NCBI RefSeq assembly: GCF_009914755.1 | Contig: NC_060937.1 | Source: the human T2T-CHM13v2.0 reference genome, Homo sapiens | Reading direction: 5' to 3' (one strand) | Length of the DNA stretch: 64,000 nucleotides | Shown: piece after piece, positions 29,390-41,116 of the stretch | How the letters are laid out: every line of letters begins with the position of its first letter | How positions within the stretch are numbered: the stretch's first letter is position 1 | Program-made: the position numbers and the translations under genes | The notes under the pieces: generated by a model | Database searches by the model: none | Seen by the model: only the letters and a program-made list of their open reading frames with translations | What the model was told of the DNA's origin: nothing

Positions 29390-29610
29390 TTAGCAGAGTA
29401 TTTAATGGACATTGAATCAGAAGGACTGTGGTTGAATTTCCATTTACCACTTACTGAATGAGTAGTGTTAAAATTAACCTTTTGAATATCTGCTTTCTCC
29501 ACTGTACAGGGAATTTTAAAATAACAAAATCTGCAAATACCTTATTTTTAAAAAAGCGAATGTGTTAAAATTTGGATGATCCTTTCAGTTGGACAAATGT
29601 AAAATATTAT
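29390..29610 (+). mobile_element. MIR SINE
   Basis: gacattgaatcagaaggactgtggttgaatttccatttaccacttact...ttaacctttt..ctgctttctccactgta. Confidence 0.6.
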
Positions 29611-30129
29611 TTTCAATGGTAACTGACATTTTAGCAATACCCAAGGGCACATTTAGAAGAATGAAAAGTAGCAGCATTTACCATTGATTTTGAGAGGTAT
29701 AAGATATTATATTCGATTCAACTTTTTATTTTATAAAAATGAAGAACTCATTGCCAAAGAGATAAATGTATCCGAGATCTCAAAAATAGAAATTTGGGGT
29801 AAAGTTTCTTGAATCTGGTCTGTATTTTGTTTTCAAAAATAAATCATTCAGGATTTACTAAGCAGATACGTTCTGAAAATGTGCTGACAGGAAGGAAGGA
29901 GATGAGATCTGTTTCTAAATGGGCACAATACTATTTTAGAAAATCTTGCCAAATATGAAATACCAAATAAAGAGACTAGAGTCGTTTTCCAGTTTTGCCT
30001 TTGAATTTGTAAATATGGAGAAGGAGCCAATTCATTTTACTCCATTTTCTTTGTTTGTAAAATGGATAGGACACAGTCATCTATAATGTCCTCCAGCTCA
30101 GTGAGTCAGCTTCAGAGCCTTCCCCACTG

Positions 30130-30370
30130 CTTATAGTAAGCAAAACTTAAGAATTTGACCTTATAGTAAAGAACAAGTAAGAACAAGTAGTTTATTCCTG
30201 TTTCAACCAGGTACTCTCTTGACCTTTGAATGATTACTTGATTTAAATATTCTATCCTACAAAATGGAGTTACAAATGTGCCCATTTTGCAGAGTTGCTC
30301 TGAGGATTAATGACTCACTTTGCACATACAAAGCACTCAGTCAATATAAGCTTTTATAATTTATTATAAT
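30130..30370 (+). mobile_element. MIR SINE
   Basis: tgacctttgaatgattactt...ctacaaaatggag...cagagttgctctgaggattaa...aaagcactcag. Confidence 0.6.
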
Positions 30371-30569
30371 GATTGTTTTCATTAGCTGATGTGGAAACAA
30401 GACCACTCATTAACTCATAATAATCAACTCCTATAAAGTATCTTTAAACACTGTCCTCAAAAGAGTTATGTTACAATTGTGTTGAATTATCTTGTTTGTT
30501 TGCTTTATGAATTTTCTTACCTCTCCTTTACTTGGCCTTGAATATGTCCAGCCTCTTACAAGGCCACAC

Positions 30570-31415
30570 TAGAACATATCTTTCTTTATGAAGCCCTTTC
30601 TATCCTTCTCTAAGCTAAATTAACTATCCATCTCTTGCAGTAGCATTCTGTATACATTTCCACAGTGATACTTAAATTATATTACCATGAATTATACTTG
30701 TGTCTGTGTCTCCTACAAGAATGACTCTTCAGGGAGCAAAACCTGGGACTTACTTACCTTGAGAGTTTGGAGGCCCAGAAGAATTACTGGCAAAACAAAG
30801 ATTCTTTGTACACATTTGCTAACTTTATGAAGTATTAGTGTATCAGAATGTAACATTAAAATGTATTACATTCTCCCAGGTTACTTTAGCAAAACCCATC
30901 TAATCAACCTATAGGGATATTAATGTGTTAATAATCTAGATAATTGCTTTGGTTTTTCAGATTATAATTTATGTAAATAAAGCTGTATTGCTGTATATTT
31001 TACTTTGAACATATTTATTACTTTGAAGTTCTTGTTGGAGAAACAATAAACTGTGATACCTTTGCTCTCTCTGTTCCTTCTCCCAAGAATATCCTTCTCC
31101 CAATATCTACAAGGTTCACTCTCTCATCTCCTTCAGGTTTCTGTAGGAATATCACATTTTCTCAGATCAGTCCCCTGACCACCATTCCTTTTGAATCCAT
31201 TTTTCCATTTGTATGATCTTCCTCTCCTATACCCACATTACATTTTAAGTGTTACATACCTTGTTCATTTTCTTTGTCTTGCCCCAGTTAAATCTTTCTG
31301 AAAGCTAGGCCTTTCATATATTTTGTTCATAGCTATATTATCTTTGCCAGAAGGTGGTCTGTCACACGTAGGCACACAAAAATGTTTGTTAAATACATGA
31401 ATACATGAATAAATA
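30570..31415 (+). mobile_element. Two L2 3' end fragments (about 30570-30830 and 31060-31415)
   Basis: gaagccctttctatcc; cactctctcatctccttcaggt...cccctgaccacc; terminus cacacgtaggcacacaaaaatgtttgttaaatacatgaat. Confidence 0.65.
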
Positions 31416-33039
31416 CTAAGATAGAGTAAGGGAAATGGAGGACAATGGTATTTAAAAAAACACAAAATGTCAAATAGTTTAACATAACAGCACCATAGAT
31501 TTATCGAGAAGAATCATTAAAGAAAAACTTTCTTTAAGACTTATTATTATGACATTGCGAGATGTCTTGTTTTCATGTGAGCTAATAATCGCAATTACAA
31601 AATTAATCATTGCAGCCAGCACACACCATGGGTAATTATGTGTATTGCAAAGTATATCAAAATGAAGAGTGACTCCTTTGTGAATTTGTATACCTTCTAA
31701 AACATATATGTATTGAATGTGTGCAAATATCTCTTCATTATATATATCTACCAATTGATTTCTGGGTACCCTGCAAGCCCAAATGTTTTTAGCATCTATT
31801 TCTCCTCTGTATAGCAGTTTCCATGAAGATCATGTGTCTGGCAGTACTAGCAGAGTCCCATCAGCACAGGTTGTAAATATATGAATGATAACAGCAATAA
31901 TATTAATAATAATAATAATATAAAAACAATAATACTAATAGAGAGTAGCAATGGCAAGAAGCATTTATTTTTTAGATGGTGTACCAGTACAATTGGTAGC
32001 AACATCTGATTGAGAAATTATGAGCCATTCCTTCTCTAAGTGAGATGTCGTGGTTTTCAGAACACCCCATGCACAGAATTTCAGTTGCATACTAGTATTA
32101 CTCATCTACTGATCTGTAAGCAGCAGAAATCTTGTCTAAATAAAGATACTTTGCAATTTCTAAATACGGTTCTAAGTTTCTGAACTTGTGATCCTCAGAT
32201 TTATTTTTTTTAAATCTTCGATTCAGATGGGCCTGGATTTGACATTCAAATAGAGTACATCAAAAGTTGTTACTAAATCATCAGTTTTAAAACTTGAATA
32301 TGAAAACTGCATTGGAAATTGTGTAAAAAGTTATCTAACATACTTTTGCATTATTCTATAAGCATTAAGGTGAGTTCTGAATAGAAAAAAAGTTCAGATA
32401 TTAAGAAGTTTAAAGAAAAAAGTGAATTAACCTAACCAGCAACATTCACATTAAGTGGATATCATGACATTTAGCAAATTAATTTTAAATTTTAAAAAAT
32501 CACATAACATATTGTAAATAAACACTGCTTTATGCTGGTTTGTGTGCCATTGTTTCAGTAAAATCCCTTGCCAAATAAGTTTTGCAAATATATGATTTAA
32601 CACAGATGATACTGTAAGAGGTGATGTAAAATTGTCTGTATTCATTCAAACTAGACATAAAATATTTTTAGATCCTAATATTGCAAAGAGTTTAATGGGG
32701 AAGAAAATGAAAATATTAATAAAGAACATATCAGTGCTGATTCAGAGAGGAGAAAGTTATCAAGAAAAAGAACAATTCAAATAAAAAGCAGTAAGAACTA
32801 CATGAGTAACAGGATTTCTGGATTTAGGGGGTTATTTTTGTTTTTTTTTGTGTGGGTTTTTTGTAATATAATTTTTTTCTAACATCATGAGAGCAATTTG
32901 GTAGTTGGGCTTGTGTCTACTTTGTTAATGATGTTTGGACTTTTGGTGTTAGAGCCCTACAGTTGACATAGGAGGATTATTTACTTTCCTTGTTTGGAAT
33001 TTAAACTGTCATAAAATCTGTGGCTTAAGGTGTAAGAGC

Positions 33040-33041
<2 letters not shown>

Positions 33042-33076
<35 letters not shown>

Positions 33077-33098
33077 CTGTGTGTCTGTGTGTATGTGT
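33042..33098. repeat. (TG)n microsatellite
   Basis: Long pure TG run followed by degenerate units. Confidence 0.95.
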
Positions 33099-33560
33099 AC
33101 CTATATTTATTTTCTTATATTTATCACATTAATTAATATACGCCTATTATTGAGACTTGAAAGTGTCTGTAAATGAAAATATTACAATCACCCAAATTCA
33201 CCCCTCTAATAAATTTATTGTGTGTATGAAATTACATGTCTTTTTTTCTATGCACACCAAACTGAAGGACTGCCTAAAGGACTCTGTTTTGGTCTTCACA
33301 TTACTGAGTGTCAGCGATGTGCAAGACACCAAACTCAGAGCTCAGTAAGGGGCTCAGCCTATGGGGATGTTTAACAAACATTTGTAAAATTATGACTGAA
33401 TGATTATTACAAGTATTTTCTATACACTCAAATATTTTTCAAAATTATGATTTTGAATGGCTTCTTAAGGGATTGTCATCTCATTTTGTCATACTAAGCA
33501 TCACTCCAATATTGTTGACTATTATTTTCAATTCCTTGCATCTAGAAATAATGCTGCAAA

Positions 33561-33753
33561 GCCGGGCATAGTGACATGCACCTGGAGTCCCAGCTACTTG
33601 GGAGGCTGAGGCAGGAGGATTGCTTGAGCCCAGGAGTTCAAAGTTGCAGTGCACTATCATGGCACCTGCGAAGAGCCACTGCACTCGCACTCTAGCCAGG
33701 GGAGCATAGTGACACTTCATCTATTACAAAAAATTATATAAAAATTATAAAAA
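33561..33753 (+). mobile_element. FAM (fossil Alu monomer)
   Basis: Single monomer retaining the 7SL-like segment gtgcactatcatggcacctgcgaagagccactgcactc diagnostic of FAM; A-rich tail. Confidence 0.85.
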
Positions 33754-35449
33754 GAGAGAATACTGAATGAATATATATATATATATATAGCCTTTGTAAA
33801 TTTTTCTTTAGCTTATCTACCCAGGTGTTTGCATTATTTTACCAAATAATAGAATTCACATAAATATGCAGAGTTTTCAAAGAGACTGTATTGAAGTTAA
33901 TGCTTGTGTACATTATTATTTAGTGAAAAGTTAAAAATGATGGCATAATGTTTTGTTTCATTTTCCCATGTTAATAGTAAGGTATACCCAGAGTACATTT
34001 CTTATTAAGAAAAAAAAAGATTGGGGTCACCTTGATCAAAAATTACCTGTATACTAGTTCAGATATATTATATATGAACTACAGTTTAAGAAATATCATC
34101 AAATATTATTAATATATTCTACTATCTAAAAATTCTGCTATAGCATTATATTTTATGGCTAAAAAAGCTTGATACTGGTTGTTACAGTAAATCTTTACTA
34201 ATTTATGAAGCATCAAATTCAGATTTTTAAAAATTATGTCAAGCTCAAGCTATTTAGAATTCAGCATAGTTTTATATACTACATAAGAAGAAAACAGCTT
34301 AAAATAAAATTATATTATTTTATTGGGATGGGCTCTGGAGCCCATCCATTATTTGATTAAATAAATAAAAATAAAAAATAAAAAAATAAAAAAGAGCCAT
34401 TATTTGATTAAATAAATCAAATCAAAAATTAAATCAAAATTAATTTTCATTAATTCTTCATGGGCAAATAAGTTGTACTAATAGCCAAAAACATACCTAA
34501 TTAAATATATAAAATTCTCATGCAATTCTACCTTCAATAATTACTAAAAGTTGGAAGTGGCATTTAAACTTCAAAGTAACATAACTGAATTTATTTAATA
34601 GTAATTAAAAATGTCTATGCTACTATATAGGGCTAGAGAACAGGATGCTGTTTAACTTCATTTTTCTTCCTTCTCAGAAAAACCTCAGAAAATGGAAGTT
34701 TAAAGGTATCCTGCTATTGTCAATTACTGTGGCTCGTAGTTCTTTTCACAATCCCCCCACCTCCAACCACCACTTTTTTCTTTTTCATCAGGTTTTCATT
34801 CTGGGAAATTAAATGTTTCTATTGACTGGGTTATTAATGCAAGAAACCTATCCAGAACAATTATACCACTTAGTAGTTTGGGAGAATCTGTATCTAATTC
34901 AGCTTTTGAAATGTTTCACTCTGTACTTAATCATACATACCAGTTTATGGGTGCATTTACATCTTATGAAAAGCACATGTCAATGCAATTTTAAAGTTTC
35001 TAGAAGATAATCAAGCCACAAAACTTATTGCCAACCCAATTAGAAATATTTTTATAAGAATACAAATGTAAGTTACGTAAGATTTCTTTAACAACTTAGC
35101 AAGAAGAAAAATGACATAAATTTTAACCATTTTTACACAGGAAAAATGATCCTACTTTTTGTGAAAATTGAGTGTTTCAAAAAACAGAATTTTACAAGTG
35201 CACGAATTTATATGTTTTCTTGGGGAAAATAAAACGTGGAGCACTTAGAAAAGACTCCTATATTGTAATCAGATTTGCAAAAGCACCATAAAAGCCATAA
35301 TGTAAAATTGTTTTTGAATTTCCTACCTAGCATTATAAATACTACACCAAGAACAAAACTTGAAAGTATAAAAGAAACTAACTTTTATAAAGTATGAACT
35401 ATGACACGCAACAACTTTGTACTCTATGTAACGTTGCCCTTATTTCCTC

Positions 35450-35590
35450 AACAGGCTGTAGGTTTCTCAGACAGGTTAAGTAGCTTGCTCAAGGTCAGGT
35501 TACTAGTTTGCAGGAGGCAAGAGCATGCATCCAGCTTGGTTTTAGGCTAAAGCCCCATGTTATGTCCACGGTATCACATTGTCTCCATAC
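35450..35590 (-). mobile_element. MIR fragment
   Basis: aggttaagtagcttgctcaaggtca. Confidence 0.6.
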
Positions 35591-38162
35591 AAGTGAAAAG
35601 AAAATGATACAGAAAATTGATTCATAAATGAACGAAATGGGTTGTATAACCTAGAAAAAAATAGAATTTGGTTTGTCACAAATAAAATGAAATAAAGTCT
35701 TTACACATCTGTAGGATTACTTCACATATTCATTTATATTTTAAAACGATTTGAAATTACTTCTTTGTTCTTTAGTCTTAATTTTTTAAACCACATGTTC
35801 GTCTGTAGCTATTTTCTTCTTTTATTTTCTACTTAGCCTCTAGATCTCATGTAGGTACACATTTGCTGGAGACATCATCCCTAAGAATAGTTTACATAAC
35901 TAAGAATTAGTTATCTGGTTATTGAAGTCTAATATATTTGACTCACTCATATTGTTTATTCCTTGATCTAGAATTACAATTTACTATGTATGTTAAATTT
36001 GCATTTAAATACATTGAACTATCACAACTGACTTTCTATCCTACTTGATATGTTTGTGCTTCACTGCAAACAACCCAAATAAAACCATAAAAACAATTGA
36101 TTATATTGATACAATTATATTTCAATTTTGAAAATGAATTTTCCATAACAAAATTATTTTTGCCTTAATACTGTATTGCATAATTGATGAAACATAAAAT
36201 GATTATTCAATAATGCATGTATGCACTAACTTTGCATCAAAAACTATTTCTTGATATATTTGTGAATATTCCAAATTAAGTACTAAAATATATTGTTAAC
36301 TCCATATACCTGGCAAAATAGGACAATGATATAAATTATATTGCAATGTTGCCATGTGAACAAGTATCCACTGTATAAATGCATGCATGCAGTTTTATGT
36401 GTTTAGACTTCTAAATATGCATACGTACATCTAAGTGTGTGAGTGTGTGTGTGTATGTGTGTATAGAAGAGAGAAGAGAAAAATGACGTGTGCATAATAC
36501 AATGAATAGTACAAGATTGCCACCTTCTGGATTTAATACATAAGTGACTTTTTTTTTCTTTTGGAAAAATGTCCCCCTCTTCCAAAAAGTGTTTATTAGT
36601 AATGATATTTCTTGGTAGCTTGCCCTATATTTTACTACTCATATTTAAGTAGTGTTTCTAACACTAGAATTCTTTTACAATTGCTTGGAATTCATTTTAT
36701 GTATACAAAGATTTTCTAGATAATATAATAGGTCTCAAAATTTTCTCCAGATGTAGCCATTTGTGTGTCAGTGACACAAGTAAAGCCAATCTCCCCCTCC
36801 TGCCCCCCAAAATAGAACACACTGCAATGGGAACATATATTTAGTAGGAAGTTAATTAAGTCATTATTTTTATAACTGTAGAAATTGATAACTCAGCAAT
36901 AAAAACATTTCCAATATTTTGTGCAAAATAATGTCAAAACACATTTTTCTAACATATTTTACTAGTTTAATATTTTGAATTTTTATATATATAGGTTTCT
37001 TATCAAAAGTAGCAGAATTATTTTTGTTAAAGCTCAAAATTAAACATATGAACATTATACAAGTATATCTACATTATCAGGAATGATCAGACATTATGTG
37101 AAGTGAGCAAGCATATATTGGATTTACAATTGTGAAATATAGACCTCTCCTCTCCTTTGGTACCAGATTCCCCTGAGCATGAGGAAGCTGAATCATGATG
37201 TCCCTCATTACCCAAAATCTCATATTCCACAATCAGAACTTGCTCTGAATCTAAAATCCAATCAAACATTTTCAGCAGTGTTCTAACTCACTTAGAATAC
37301 TGATAAATTATAATTGTTAATTTTGCTTATACATAAAAATCATTGACCTTTCTTCTATTAAAGAAACATCAAGGCTTTGGGAAGCGACATGACTAATCAT
37401 TGTGTTTGGGGCAATTTGCTTTACTTCTTTTCCTTTTGCCTGTTTTTTATTCCTTTCTTCTTTTTCTTCTGTTTTTGGAAATATGGGGTGCATATATATT
37501 TCACCGAGCTTATAAAGATTGTAAAGTATCTGAATCTTTATATTTTGCACGAGTAAGACTAACCTTGCATACAAACATATCAAATATACATATGAATCTT
37601 AAATATGTCAGAAAAGATATACTATTTTTGGCTGTAGACAATATTTTATAACATAATGTAAATGTTCATAGCCACTCTAATATTAATGCTAATTTTATGT
37701 AACCTATGTTGTAAAGGTCTTTTAAGGAACTTATAATTCACTCTTCTTTGGGGGATTGAGATTTTAAGAATCATGATACCTCTCCATTATCTGTGTAAAA
37801 TTGCAATAAGACATTATTTTAAACATGAGATAATATCCTTGTCCAGATTTCTTGCCCTTCAAATATTATTCATTCACTCTTGAATCCCCAAATGACAACT
37901 TCTCAGGTAGATTCAACTAATGGGAATATGGAGTGTATTGAAACAAAATGAGAGTGAAGAATGAAACAATTCATTGTAATAGAAGAGGATTTTAAATGCT
38001 TATGACTTAGTGATGTTTATGTAGTTCAAATAATCAAAATATTGTAGAATACACTTTTCTCACTTAATATTACAACAGGGACACATTTTGACGCTCCTGC
38101 ACTAGTTTTTGCCATATAGTCCCAATGACATAAGCGTCTGTCCCAAATACAAAACGTACATT

Positions 38163-38495
<333 letters not shown>

Positions 38496-38872
38496 TCAGG
38501 GATTTGAAGTTCTGTAAAGAATAGTGCTTTACTTTTAATGTATAAGAGCTTAGAAATTCTTGAGTTTAATAACTAGTAACTTCAAAAGCTCTCTTTATGT
38601 ATAATTATCATAAAAATTAATGAGGATTAAACATATTATTAAAAGGTCAACAAATACCTTTGGATCTCAACTGGAATTTCTTTCACAACTCCATACACTC
38701 CAAAATAAATATAAGTAATTGTCTTAAGTAAGATATTTATATTTTGAGTAAAATGAGTTAAAACAGAATATAATATCATACAAAACTAGCAATCTCACAG
38801 TATTGACAGTGTATTGGGGGTTCCAGAGAGAAAGACTAAGAATTGAGTATCTTGTAAATAAGAAATATCCTC

Positions 38873-39138
38873 TGCAGGGCTCGGTGGCTCACGCCTGTAA
38901 TACCAGCACTTTGGAAGGCCAAGGTGGGCGGATCACGAGGTCAGGAGATAGAGACCATCCTGGCTAACATCCGTCTCTACTAAATATACAAAAAAATTAG
39001 TTGGGCGTGGTGGCCGGCGCCTGTAGTCCCAGCTGCTCGGGAGGCTGAGGCAGGAGAATGGCGTGAACCCGGGAGGCGGAGCTTGCAGTGAGCCCAGATC
39101 TCGCACCACTGCTGGCGACAGAGCCAGACTTTGTCTCA

Positions 39139-39166
<28 letters not shown>
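38873..39166 (+). mobile_element. AluY with two short internal deletions
   Basis: Y diagnostics accatcctggctaac, gaatggcgtgaacccgggaggcggagcttgc; long poly-A; TSD aagaaatatcctc/aaggaatatcctc. Confidence 0.95.
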
Positions 39167-39170
<4 letters not shown>

Positions 39171-39589
39171 AATATCCTCACCTAGGAAGTTATCTTGGTG
39201 AACAAACCAAAGTCCTATGTGTATGAAGGACTTGGAACTTTGTTAGTAAAAACCTCTTCTTAATGAAAGAGAAAGTTGAGATTAAACTTGGTGCAAGGAT
39301 CAAAGGCAACTATGAAAGGGAAGGGTCATTTATAATTGCAGCCTGTCACAAGTTGTGCATTACTCTTATACTACACTTTTCAGATTCCTGCCAAGATTCC
39401 AAGGACATGACACTAGCCTGGAAGCATTTCTAAATTAATAAAGGTCTATCATCGCTGAAGTCTCTGTAAACAACTGAAAGCCTAAGACTTGTCAGCTTGA
39501 TAAATTTGCTTTAAAATTTTGGAAGAAATATATTTTTCCCAGTTAAGCATAATGACTTTTTGTTGGTTGAAATACATGGCAGCTTGTTT

Positions 39590-40614
39590 TTGTTTGTTTG
39601 TTTTTTAATTTTATTTGACTTTAAATTCCGGGATGCATGTGCAGAGCGTTCAGGTTTGTTACATAGGTATACATGTGCCATGGTGGTTTGCTGCACCTAT
39701 CAACCCATCATCTAGGTTTTAAATCCTGCATGCTTTAGGTATTTGTCCCAATGCTCTCCCTCCCCTTAGCCTCCACCCCCTGAAAGGCCACGGTGTTTGT
39801 CTTTCCCCACCCTGTGTGGTTTTTAGTTCTCATCGAAGAGGTCTTTCATGTCCTTTTTTAGCTGTATTCCTAGGTATTTTATTTTCTTTGTGGTAATTGT
39901 GAGTGGGAATTCATTCATGATTTGTCTCTCTGTTTGTCTATTATTGGCGTATAGGAATGTTTGTGATTTTTTCGCATTGATTTTGTATCCTGAGACTTTG
40001 CTGAAGTTGCTTATCAGCTTAAGGAGTTTTGGGGCTGAGAGAGTGGGGTTTACTAAATGTACAATCATGTCATCTGCAAACAGAGACAACTCGACTTTCT
40101 CGCTTCCTGTTTGAATACCTTTATTTCTTTCTCTTGCCTGATTGCCCTGGTGAGAACTTCCAATACTGTGTTGAATAGCAGTGGTGAGAGAGGGCATCTT
40201 TGTCTTGTGCTGGCTTTCGAAGGGACTGCTTCCAGCTTTTGCCCATTCAGTGTGATATTGGCTATGGGCTTGTCATAAATAGCTCCTATTATTTTGTGGT
40301 ACGTTCCATCAATACCTAGTTTATTGAGAGTTTTTAACATAAAGCGATGTTGAATTTTATCGAAAGCCTTTTCTGCATCTATTGAGATAATCATGTGGTT
40401 TTTGTCATTGGTTCTGTTTATGTGATGGAATATGTTTATTGATTTGCGTATGTTGAATGAGCCTTGCATCTCAGGGATGAAGCCAACTTGATTGTGGTGG
40501 ATAAGCTTTTTGATGTGCTGCTGGATTCGGTTTGACAGTATTTTATTGAGGATTTTTGCATCAATGTTCATCAGGGATATTGGCCTGAAATTTTATTTTT
40601 TTGTTTTATCTCTC
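39590..40614 (-). mobile_element. L1PA (PA7/8-like), 5'-truncated and internally deleted
   Basis: 3' UTR 39590-39817 joined directly to the ORF2 RT region; TSD catggcagcttgttt (39575-39589) / catagcagcctgttt (40615-40629). Confidence 0.93.
39823..40571 (-). pseudogene. L1 ORF2 reverse transcriptase domain relic with one frameshift
   Basis: ORF track: [12 protein letters not shown]...[12 protein letters not shown]...[12 protein letters not shown] then GIQTG...LFADDMIV...YLGIQL in the second frame; shift near 40118. Confidence 0.93.
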
Positions 40615-41062
40615 CATAGCAGCCTGTTTGGAGAAAATTTATATAGCAAGCAGGACTCAATGGTTTCATAAAATAATGTCTGTGGACAGCAGAGAGGAGG
40701 AAATGACAGATACTGGGATATAGTCCATGTGACTGATCACATGTGAGACATCACCTGAAGAATTTAAATTGACTCCAGTGTCCAAAATGCAGTGGGTAAT
40801 GTTAAGCCAAAGAAAAGTAGTTATAATTATTTTTATTGTGAGTATTGAATGACCTAGAAAAACATCAGAAAAAATAAAATCATAAGGTAAAAGTTATGTT
40901 ATCTTATAAAAGTAGTCAGTTCTCCAAAATGTAGTTCAAAATTTTTAAAGTTACCAAAATAACGCTAGGACAAGACGGCTGATTAAGGATCCTTTTGGGC
41001 TGGGCTGATTGTCATTGGAAAAAAGAAGAAAATTGCCCCAAAGGGGAGTAAGGTCGGAGGTA

Positions 41063-41116
41063 CTAGGTTGGTGCAAAAGTAATTGCAGTTTTTGCCATTA
41101 CTTTTGCACCATCTAA
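41063..41116. mobile_element. MADE1 MITE (Hsmar1-derived), internally deleted
   Basis: ctaggttggtgcaaaagtaattgcagtttttgccattacttttgcaccatctaa flanked by TA on both sides. Confidence 0.92.
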
